A stretch of 64,000 bases of DNA, taken from the NCBI GenBank assembly GCA_009914755.4, contig CP068257.2, forward strand, positions 11,360,001 through 11,424,000. The letters run 5' to 3'. Source of the DNA: the human T2T-CHM13v2.0 reference genome, Homo sapiens. Under the pieces are notes generated by a model. The model had not been told where the DNA came from. It did not search any database and was given only the letters and a program-made list of their open reading frames with translations. The position numbers and the translations under genes were made by a program. This document shows, piece by piece, positions 30,672 through 42,000 of the stretch (the stretch's first letter is position 1; each line of letters begins with the position of its first letter).

Positions 30672-32374
30672 GTGTTTACATTTAAAGGCTAGGTGAGATT
30701 TTATAGTTTGTTTCAGGTAGTTTTTGAATGACAGTGAGTTAGTTCACTTCATCAGCCAGAAACTAGGCAAAAAGCTAGACTAGTTAGAAAGATTAATGGC
30801 TCCAGGATTCTTTATTTTAGGGCTTTAGGGACGCTAATGTTGTCTACTTGATTTGAAGTATAACCCCTATGCATGGGATAAATATAATGTCACAATTTTG
30901 GTTTTTCTAATTAGTTATTTGGGTCTCAAAATGTCCACTTTAAGCAGAAAACCTGATAGTGTCCCCAGGGGGCTGTCTTCCATACCTTCATTCTTGAATT
31001 TTTTAAAAGAATCTGAACCTAAGTCCAAGGAAGACATTCCTTTTGTACAAGTCAGAAGGATTGGGGGGTGGGAAATGGCCATTCTCTTCATTTTGCTGTT
31101 TCCATTGATTCTGTTGCTGCATCGTTGCCATTGAAACTGCTCCTGCAGTCTGGTAATGATTGACCTTTGTGACCAGGATGCCCTTACTAACACAGATTCC
31201 TCAGTCTTCATGGTATAGACTTCCAAGTTATGACATGTTTTTAAAGTTCACGTACATATTCTCAGCCATTGTTTCCAAAGTACCAGCACCCCACTCTGGC
31301 AGCTAGAACTTTTAGCTTTAGCCACACACATAGTGAGCAAATTGACCCTTCTCCTCACACTCAAAACCTGATGTGAAACCCACATCTTAGCCTGGACATG
31401 GCCTAGACCTTCATGGTAAATTATCCTTTGAGTGGCTTTTTTCTATTTTCTCTAGCCAATATTAGTTGTGGTAGTTTGAAACTGTAAGTCAGGTTGAAAT
31501 AATGTTACAGGAAGAAATTAGAGATCCATTTTGTCTTTGTTACCAGATCTATATCCCTGGCCCTTTATATCCTGTGTAGCACCATTTTGTAGGTAGTGGA
31601 AGGTCTCATCTTATTCTATAAAATCCCATGTCATCTTTCCCAAGTTGTAGTGGGTTCCAACTTGTGGTTGTCCCCTCAAGTGATTCTTTTTTCCTAAAAG
31701 TAAAAATCTCCCATGCTACTTACATCTCCACCTCGAGTTTCTAAAATATTTTCAAATGCTGCATCACCATGAAGCCATTCAATAGACTTCACTAAATCTC
31801 AAGTAAGTTGGTTAGATTTAACAGAGCTAAGCCTCATCCATCCCTCATCAGTCTTCACGTATAAAAGTAAGGATTTGTGCTGGCTTCAGTGGTACATATA
31901 GTAAAATTAAGACAACGTTGAGAAGATCAGCATGGTCCCCGCACAAGGATGACATAGAAATCTGTAAGGTGTTGCATATTTCTTGCAGTCCCCAAAAGGA
32001 CATTTTACTACTTTCTAACTAGCTCCAAGGAAATGGTGTGAGTCAAAGCAAAATGGGTGACACCCAGTATTGCAATTGTGATTTTCATACAAAAAATTAT
32101 TTACATAAGGTGATCTATGAAATGAGATGTGGTAACACATAGGATCTTGTGTGCAATATTTTGTTAGTAGGGATCTCAGAAATGAGAAAATACCAACTTG
32201 CATCTTCTTTGTGGAACTTACAAAAAATAAAGGTAGGGTTTTGTCTTCCACAGCAGCTGGAAATGAACATAGTGACTAAGCATCATTCTAACAAAGATTT
32301 GTTGGTTCAGAGTTTAAGGAGGTAGATAAAGAGTAGTAGTAGTCCAAGCCAGATGCTGACATCTATTAGTTTTC

Positions 32375-32760
32375 TGCCCTTGGTGTGACTGATGAGCTCA
32401 GTAATAGAGTATAATTAGGTTATCTGATTTAATGATTTAATATATTTATAAATAAATTTCATTACAAAATATAAAATAGCTTAGATGCTCTGAATTACAA
32501 GCCACAAAGAATAGAACATCTAATATCCAAAAGTAGGAATTAATAACAGAAAATTGCAATATTTGAATATTATAACCTATGAAGAAAAACATTTTTTTTT
32601 GTTTTTTTTTTTTTTGTAATTTAATTTTTGTTGACACATGGTCTCCCTATGTTGCCCAGGCTGGTCTTGAACTTCTGGATTCAAGCAATCCTCCTGTCTC
32701 AGCATCCAAAAGTGCTTGCCTCACAAGCATGAGCCACTGCACCAGGCCAATATATTGGGT
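32375..32760. repeat. Copy A of a local direct duplication (includes an antisense Alu-monomer fragment at 32590-32757)
   Basis: gagctcagtaatag..ttatctgatttaatga.ttaatatatttataaataaatttcattacaaaatataaaatagc.. recurs at 33700-33910. Confidence 0.8.
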
Positions 32761-33255
32761 TTTATTGGGAATTTTAAATTGTTTCAGCAATAAGGTTGAA
32801 GAACAAATAATTTTTTTGCTTCATTTTTTATTTTAAGCATTTTAAAAATGTTATCTTGTTAAATCTTTATAATAACCTAGTGAAATAAGGCCCTAAAATC
32901 CTCATTTTTAGAAGACATTGAGTCTAAGAGAAGCAACTTGTTCAAGAAAAGATACCTGTTGGTAGCCATGCTAGGACTTATTCCGAGTTAGGGACATTTT
33001 CCATATGTCAAGCTAACTTTAGTTAATTTACTGAGTTATACTGCCCTCACTTTATGAGTGTTTTATCTTTCTTTCTTCTTTAATTAGAAGCTTAATAAGT
33101 TCATAGAGCTTGTATACTTAAAGTCTATGGAAAAAGTAATGTTCTGATGTTAGCTCTAATATTGTCTGAAATACTCTAAGAATGTAATAAATTTGGTAAA
33201 TTTTTTTATATCAGTGTTAAAATAGTGATTTTATTTATTTCATTTTTATACATAG

Positions 33256-33320
33256 CATTCATCAACAACTTTTGGAATATAAACAAAAGATATCTAAAAA
33301 TTCTCAAAATAGTAATCCAG
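33256..33320 (+). CDS. Exon 6: (Y)IHQQLLEYKQKISKNSQNSNP(E)
   Basis: tacatag acceptor and gtaaga donor. Matches the family ..IH(Q/E)Q..NPEG segment. Confidence 0.7.
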
Positions 33321-33689
33321 GTAAGACCTCTGATAGTAAACTACTCTTGGTGGTGCTACCATAAGATTATAGGAGTGTTAATCACAAAAGAGCTATTAGA
33401 AAAGCAATGTGTAAGTAGCATGTGTTTACATATAGACCTATATGTAAGTGTTTTTTTATATACAAAGCTTTGATTTAATTTTTTAGTTTATAATTCAGAA
33501 TTCATTAAGAATTTAGTTGTAGGTAGTTTATAATCTCAAAAATATTATCTGAAAAAATATTTGTTTAATTGTGGTCCCTAATATCCTATATAATACTTTT
33601 GTATAAATAAGTAAAACAATTTTTAAGTTTATCTATAGTATGTTTCCCAAACTGTCATAAAAATTTATGCTTGTTATAAAATGTATAAT

Positions 33690-34210
33690 CCTTGGTGTGA
33701 TTGATGAGCTCAGTAATAGGGGATTATCAGCTTATCCAATTTAATGAATTAATATATTTATAAATAAATTTTATTACAAATTATAAAATAGCATCGGTGC
33801 CTTGAATTACAAGCCACAAATAATAGAACTTCTAATAATGAAAAGTAGGAATTAATAACAGAAAACTGCAACATTTGAATATTATAACCTATAAAGGAAC
33901 ACAGTTAACTGTTTAATAAACAAATATTTGTTTATGTTTAATAAACAAATATTTGTTTATTTAACATAAACAAACATATAAAATGTTTATTTGTTAAATA
34001 AACAAATAAATAATTTATTTGTTTGTTTATTAAACATAAACAAAATGTTTATTTGTTAAATAAACAAATAAATAATTTATTTGTTTATTAAACATAAACA
34101 TAAAATGTTTATTTGTTAAATAAACAAATAAATAATTTATTTGTTTGTTTCTTTATTGTAGAGACATGGTCTCCTTATGTTACCCAGGCTGGTCTTGAAC
34201 TTCTGGGCTT
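33690..34210. repeat. Copy B of the local duplication, carrying an AT-rich palindromic minisatellite at 33895-34150 (~60-bp unit, ~3.5 copies)
   Basis: Unit ..aaatgtttatttgttaaataaacaaataaataatttatttgtttatt... Core taaacaaataaataatttatttgttta is a near-perfect palindrome. Confidence 0.85.
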
Positions 34211-35465
34211 TATTTAATTTTTACAATAAATGATTTGCATTTAGAAAATTAGAATTAATTACAGTTGAGTATTGAGCAACATGAGAGTTAGGGTGCTGAT
34301 CCCCCCATGCAGCTGAAAATCTGCTTTATAGGAAAATCTGTTTCTTTTGACTCTTCCAAAACTCTACAACATTCTACTGTTGACCTGGAGCCTGAAAAAA
34401 GGTGAAAGCTTAAGCAGTCAATTAACCCATAGTTTCTATTTTATATGTACTATATACTGTATTCTTAGAATAAAGTGAGCTGGAGAAAAGAAACTGTTAT
34501 AAAGAGGAAGAAATATATTCACTATTTATTAGATGGAAGTGAATTATTATACATAAAGGACTTCATTCTCATTGCCTTTATGTTGAGTAGGCTGATAAGG
34601 AGGAGGCAAAGGCGAGATTTTTCTTAGTATCTTGCAGTGGCAAAGGAAAAGAAAAATCTGTCTATTAGTGGGCTCCTAGAGTGAGAACCCTTATTCAAAG
34701 ATCAACTGTGTGGCATAGTGACTTGCGTCACTAAAAAAGTAACTATCTTTAGAATTTGGAACTCAATAATACTTTTCTTGCACCATAAATGAATGTCAAT
34801 AAGAATTAACATAACTTAGCAAGGATGCATCAGTACCAATAGGAGATTATTTTTCAAAGATACCTACTGAGTGCAGAAGTCAGAAAAGCAATTCTTTGTT
34901 GAGAAGCACAGGTTATGTTACATAGTCTTGTACCAACAAGGTCTCACTATTATCAATTTCATTCCCTCTAAGTTGAAACCAAATAAGATATATTTACTTC
35001 ATTAGAACAAGATGTGTTGTTCTATCTGCTGGATAATTAGTGTGTTGATAGTAATTTTGTTACAACAAGTTACTCTGTTCCTACTAGCCAAAATATTATC
35101 ATTATAAATATACAACTAGCTCAACTCTAGGCTCAACGAATTATAATAAAAGTGGAAAAAATTTTCACAATAACAAAAGTGCTACTGTGATACCTAAATG
35201 TGACAGAATACATTGTACAATATGAACTGTATGAACACATCTTTAATTTATTACATATTTATCAAAGGACTTCTATAAGTTAGATTTTGCAAGTTGCAGG
35301 AGACCAACATGGAATACACATAGTCTGGGTCTTTAAGGTGCTCATAATACAGTAGAGCTGTCTCTGTTGAATTTCTTCATTTTTCCAACAGAATTTCCTA
35401 ACTATGTTTTCTATTTGTGTATCCACTTGTCCACTTAACAAATAACTGTCAGGTATCTTTAAGGT

Positions 35466-35580
35466 ACTAAGCATCTTTCTTGTTATTATCATTGTCATTT
35501 TTTATTATTTACTACTTTATTAAGTTACTAAGCATTTTTCTTGTTATTATCATCTTTTTTATTATTTACTACTTTATTTA
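35466..35580. repeat. 2 x ~55-bp tandem duplication
   Basis: taagcatctttcttgttattatcat..tttattatttactactttatt is repeated. Confidence 0.7.
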
Positions 35581-35708
35581 GTGCTTACTCTGTGCCAGAA
35601 CCCCTTTGGGAGCTTATAACTATCACTTATTATGTCATTACCATATTCAGTATGTGTCAGACATTTTATATCCAACGTGAAGAATTAAAGCTTTAAAAAG
35701 TTTGGTAG

Positions 35709-36123
<415 letters not shown>

Positions 36124-36147
36124 TTAACCAGACTGTGTGTTTGGCAG

Positions 36148-36243
36148 AAGGAACATCTGAAGGAACACCTGACGAGGCTGCACCCTTGGCGGAAAGAACA
36201 CCTGACACGGCTGAAAGCTTGGTGGAAAGAACACCTGACGAAT
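36148..36243 (+). pseudogene. 5' part of the large repeat exon: (E)GTSEGTPDEAAPLAERTPDTAESLVERTPDE, truncated by the ERV
   Basis: ttggcag acceptor. Matches the TPDEAAPLAERTPDTAESLVEKTPDE tandem motif of ANKRD30B/36. Confidence 0.75.
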
Positions 36244-37045
36244 AGGATACAGTGAATTCCTCTTCAAAGATTTTAGCCTGTAAACATCCTTTAAAATTCA
36301 AGAGGGGGGAAGATTAAGTACAATGAGTTCTGAGTTCCTCATCAAAGAACAAATATGTCAGTATGTTCAGCTTCTCCGTTCTTTGTTCTCCGTTTTAAAG
36401 TTTAACTTCCTCGTTCGTTATGCCTCCTTGCCCCTAGTTTCATTAAACAACCCCCTTCTAGCCTCTAACACCTGCTTTGTCTTTAGTCATTCTTAGTAAC
36501 CTGCTCTGTCCTTAGTCATCCTTAGACACCTGCTCTGTAACTGTCTTTCCCGCTGAAACTACTCACCCTGCCACTCCAGCTCATACCCCTGCCCTCTTTG
36601 AAATAGCCAATCTGAATTGGCTTAGAGTGTGCAGTCCAACCCTATCCAATAGGGAAAAGACACAACAGTAGGGACTAGCTGCGTTAGAAATAAGAACACT
36701 TTCCCCTCCCTTGTCCGGTGTGATCTTGCCTTTGCTCCATCTGCAAGACCACTCTTCCATAGAAGTAAATTTGCCTTGCTGTAAAAACTTGTTGCTGGAG
36801 TGCTGACGGTTCTTTGTGGCACCGAAAATTATTTTCCAAAAATTTGAGGGCCCACCCAACATTCCCATTCTCCTCTGGGGGAGGGTCCAGTCCTCTCCCT
36901 TGAGGAGGTGCACCCCGCTGCCTCGTTGCAGTGGCCATAAAGGTAAGGAATCAAGACTCAACTGGTGCGATTAATAAACCCGGGCTCTCAGCAACGTGGA
37001 AAGAAACAGGCCAGCAACTCTGGGGAAAGGATCTTCACATACCGT
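36244..37045 (+). mobile_element. ERV 5' LTR (repeat shared with 3' LTR to 36841, then R/U5-like segment with AATAAA at 36973 and a candidate PBS TGGCGACCAGGTAACTGT at 37046)
   Basis: Alignment to the 3' copy. The AATAAA .. ~70 nt .. TGG arrangement is the classical R-U5-PBS layout. Confidence 0.55.
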
Positions 37046-38756
37046 GGCGACCAGGTAACTGTGCACAGACCGAGGTAAGAAATGTCGCAGGGGTGACAAA
37101 GTATTTCCTTGGTGGTCGGGATATTCTGGAGGTTGAAAGTGTGTGTGAATGATCACAAGCACTACTGCTTGTGGTGCTGTTTGTGTGGATGATACTAAGC
37201 ATTATTGCTGTGAGGAGTGAGTGGGTCCTATCTGCGGTTTTTTATTTGAATAAAAAACCTTTGAAGAGGAATTCACTGTATCCTCATAGGGCTCAGGGCA
37301 GATCTTGCTGTGGGGTTTATACCATGATGCCAATGCAAAGAGGGACGGAAAATTCCTGGGAGGGAAGCAGCCAGAGTGGATGAAGTGAAAGAAGGGTGTG
37401 AGGAGCCTCCAGCAGGTGGGGATAAAGGATAGGGAAGAAATCTCTAGCATGCGGGATTGAGCCTAACCAGGACCTAACATGGGAAAAGCCCCAAATAAGA
37501 TAGGGAGCAAAAAAGAAGAGGATAGTAACAAAGACATGCCCCTCATAGTCCCCTGGGTCTCATGTTAAAATATTGGAAGGATAATGAGAGGACTAAACAT
37601 AAGAAAAAGCATTAGAGGATAAAATATTGCTGTTTCATTTGGACCCAAGGTCCCATTTTCAAACACTCAATCTTCTGGCCAAAGTTTGGGTCGATTGAGA
37701 ATGTAATATGTCAACTTCTAATTCAATATGTTAATGATAAAAATCTGGTTTCTCAAGAAGAACTAGACTATGCTCTTTGTTGGAGACAGGGACCTGTCTT
37801 TATTCCCATAAAGACAACTAGGGAAGAACCCGATCCAGTATCTCAAATTGAAAAGTCAGACGAGCTGACTCCCACACCTAAAGCCACCACATGGGATCCC
37901 CTATACCATTTTGCCCTGCTCAGTACCTCTGACCCTTCCCCTCGGGCAGCTGCTGCCACCCCATATCCCACCCCAGATCCTTCTCCTGCTCACGCTGTTA
38001 CTCCTCCTTACAACTCTAATTCTTGGGAGTTATCATCCCATGAGCCTGTCCCCTGTCAGCTTAAATACCTCTCCCTAAAGGGACTCCAGCATGAGGTACA
38101 GCAATGTAAAAAGGACGTTCAGAACTTCCCTTTTCCGTCCACACCTAAAGAGTCAGCCCCAACTCTCTTCCCCTTAAAAGACATGCCACAAGGAGGAGGA
38201 GCCATTGTATTTGTGAATGCTCCCTTGACCAGTTCAGAAGTCTGAAGTTTGAAAAAGGAAATTAAGCCATTGTTAGACGACCCTTATGAGGTGGCAGATC
38301 AGGTTGATCAATTCTTGGGACCTCAGTTATACACTTTGGTCGAGTTTATGTCCATCCTAGGCATCCTCTTTTCGGAGGAGGAAAGAAGCATGATCTGATC
38401 CGTAGGGCTGCTATGGCAATTTGGGAATATGAACACACTCCTTGTCAAAACGTTCCTACCACGGACCAAAAATTCCCTGCCCAAGATCCCCGGTGGGATA
38501 ATAATAACGCAGCTCACCAAGAAAACATGCAAGACATAAGGGAAATGATAATGAAAGAAACTAGGGAATCAGTACCCCAAACTCAAAATCTCTCCAAAGC
38601 ATTTGATATACAACAGGAGAGAGGTGAGTGGACCATGAAATTCTTAGACAGACTAAAGGAGCAAATGAGAAAATATGCAGGCCTAAATTTGGAAAATCCC
38701 CTGGGACAGGGAATGTTAAATCTCCATTTTTGTCACTAAAAGTTGTCCAGATGTCT

Positions 38757-39052
38757 CTTTTTATTTTTTTGAGATGGAGTCTCTCTCTGTCACACAGGCT
38801 GGAGTGCAATGGTGCGATCTTGATTCACTGCAAGCTCCGCCTCCCAGGTTCACTCCATTCTCCTGCCTTAGCCTCCCCAAGTAGCTGGAACTACAGGCGC
38901 CCACCACCACGCCCAGCAAATTTTTTGTATTTTTAGTAGAGGCGGGGTTTCTCCGTGTTAACCAGGATGGTCTCAATCTCCTGACCTCGTGATCCACCCA
39001 CCTCGGCCTCTCAAAGTGCTGGGATTACAGGCATGAGCCACTGTGCCTGGCC
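38757..39052 (-). mobile_element. Alu inserted into ERV gag, TSD gttgtccagat
   Basis: Poly-T plus antisense Alu. An 11-mer flanks both sides. Confidence 0.9.
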
Positions 39053-42000
39053 AACGTTGTCCAGATATTTCAAGAAAGTTACAAAAATTAGAAGATTGGG
39101 AAAACTGACTTCAAGTGAACTTCAATGAGAAGTGAACCTCAAGTGAAGTAACCTCAAGTGAACCTCAGAGAGACTCAAAAAGTATCTGTGAAGAGAGACG
39201 AAGAAAAGCGAAAACAAAAGACAAAACTTATGTTATTCACCTTCCAACAGATGGCTCCAAACCCATGTACCCCTAAACAGAGCTTCCAGTGGGCCAGAAA
39301 CTATAAAGGTTCCAAACCCTCCTTTAAAGGACCCAAGCCTCCATTGGGAGGATCAAGGCTCTCGTCTACCAGTCCATCTAAATAGCATGGGGGAGTAAAA
39401 TCAAAGAATCCCAGAACTGAGAGTGGGGAAGGGCAAGGTAGGCACTACAAATGTGGAAGAACAGGCCACTTCAAGAGAGAATGTCCCAAATTAGAAAAGG
39501 AAAAAGAAGCCCTTCCACTCATGGCTTTTGAGGAAGAATAATGGTGTCAGGGGTTCTGTCTCTTTTATCTTGAGTCCCACCAGGAGCCCTTGATAAGTCT
39601 AGAAGTGGGACCTAAGCATGAGTTTATAACCTTTTTAGTCAATTCAGGAGTGGCTCGATCCTCTGTTTGTTTCCCCCCCATCTAATATTGCCTGCTCTTC
39701 AGAGGAACTTTTGGTGTGTGGGGTAAAGGGAGAAGGATTTAAAGCAAAAATTTTAGAAAACACAGAAGTCAGATACCAGGCTCAATCAGCTCATATTCAG
39801 TTTTTGTTAATCCCTAAAGCAGGGACTAATTTACTAGGCAGGGATTTAATGTTGAAGTTAGGCATAGGCCTGCAACTCAGCACAAGAGGATTCCTCACCT
39901 CATTAAAGCTACTCACCACTGCAGATGAAAAATATATTAATTCTAATGTCTGATCCAAAGAAGGAAACTGAGGGAAACTCTGAGTCCCTCCAAGCACATC
40001 AAGGTAAAAAACCCCAGGGAAGTAGTAAGGAGGAAACAATACCCCATTCCCCTAGAGGGTAGGATACGGTTGAAACCTATAATTGAAGGTCTTATTAAAG
40101 ATGGGCTTCTTGGGCCCTCTATGTCCCCTTATAACAACCCAATATTGCCAGCCAAGAAATTAGATGGGTCATATCGGCTGGTACAGCACCTTAGGGCTAT
40201 TAACCAAATAGTCCAAACTACCCATCCAATTGTCCTCGATCCTTACACCATTCTCAGCAAGATTCCATATAATAATCAATGGTTTACTGTAATAGATTTG
40301 AAGGATGCTTTTTGGGTATGTCTCCTGGCTGAAGATAGGCCAGATATATTTGCTTTTGAGTGGGAGGATCCCCATTCAGGGTAGAAACAACAATATCGAT
40401 GGATAGTCTTACCCCAAGGGTTCACAAACTCCCCTAACCTTTTCAGTCAAATTTTAGAACAAGTATTAGAAAAAGTTATCATCCCAAACAAATATGCCTG
40501 CTCCAATACGTTGATGATATTCTTATATCTGGTGAAGATATAGAGAAGGTAGCTGGCTTCTCTACACATATTCTCAACCATCTGCAGTTCGAGGGGTTAT
40601 GAGTCTCAAAGGGAAAGCTTCAGTATGTAGAACCTGAAATTAAATATTTAGACCACTTTTAAGTGCAGAGAAGTGAAGAATAGGGCCTGAACGAGTTGAG
40701 GGAATCGTGTCCCTACCCTTGCCTCAAACTTAAACAAGAACTCAGGAAATTTTTAGGGTTATTTGGATACTGCTGCTTATGGATTAACTCACATGCACTA
40801 AACAGTAAAATTCTATATCCAAAACTTGCCCAGGGGAAGACTGACCATTTCCTGTGGACTTCTGAGGAAGTCCATCAGGTTGAAGAGCTGAAAAAAGGCT
40901 TATAACAGCCCCTGTCTTAGCCTTACCTTCCCTAGAAAAGCCATTCCACCTTTTTGTCAACGTGGATAATGGGGTAGCTTTAGGAGTGCTCACTTAAGAA
41001 CATGGAGGCCATTGGCAGACCATGGTGGCCTTCCTGTCAAAAGTCTTAGATCCAGTTACTTGTGAGTGGCCTCAATACATCCAATCCATTGTGGCTACAG
41101 CACTAATGGTCAAAGAAAGCAGGAAGTTAACCTTTGGAGGAAAATTGACAGTAATAACGCCCCATCAAGTTAGAACTATCTTAAACCAGAAAGCAGGGAG
41201 GTGGCTTACTGACTCAAGAATCTTAAAGTATGAGACTATTCTGTTAGAAAAAGATGATTTAACATTAACCACTGATAATTCCCTTAACCCAGCAGTTTTC
41301 CTAATAGGGGATCCAAATCTAAAGAGATAGCACACATGTTTACATTTAACTGATTACCATACAAAGGTCTGACCAGACCTAGGAGAAACTCCCTTCAGGA
41401 TGGGATGACACTTATTTATAGATGGTTGCTCCCAGGTGATTGAGGCAAAAAGATGCAATGGGTATTCAGTAATTGATAGGGAAACTCTTGAAGAAATTGA
41501 GGTAGGAAAATTGCCTAAGAATTGGTCTGCCCAAACTTGTGGGCTGTTTGCACTCAGCTGAGCCTTAAAGTACTTGCAGAACCAGGAAGTAGCCATCTAT
41601 ACCAATTCTAAGTATGCCTTTGGAGTGGCTCATACATTGGGAAAAATTTAGACTGAACGAGGTCTCATTAATAGTAAACATCAAGATCTTGTTCATAAGG
41701 ATCTAATCACCTAAGTATTGAATAACCTTCAGTTGCCAGAGGAAATAGTGATTGTCCATGTCCCCAGACACCAGAAAAGTCTTTCTTTTGACAGTCCAGG
41801 AAATAGCCTAGCAGATTACATAGGGAAACAGGCTGCCATTTCTTTTAAAACATCTATTTTTCACTGAACTCTTTACCTTCCTCCTCCTACCATAATCTCC
41901 ATTTTCTCTTCCACTGAAAAGAGAAACTAATAAAAATAGGTGCTAAAGAGAATTCAGAATAAAAATGAATATTGTCAGACCAGAGGGAAATGTTGTTCAA

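Noticed and set aside
36581-36961. 126-aa minus-strand ORF and neighbours inside 36.6-37.4 kb
   Set aside because: They lie inside the ERV 5' LTR and leader. There is no homology support.
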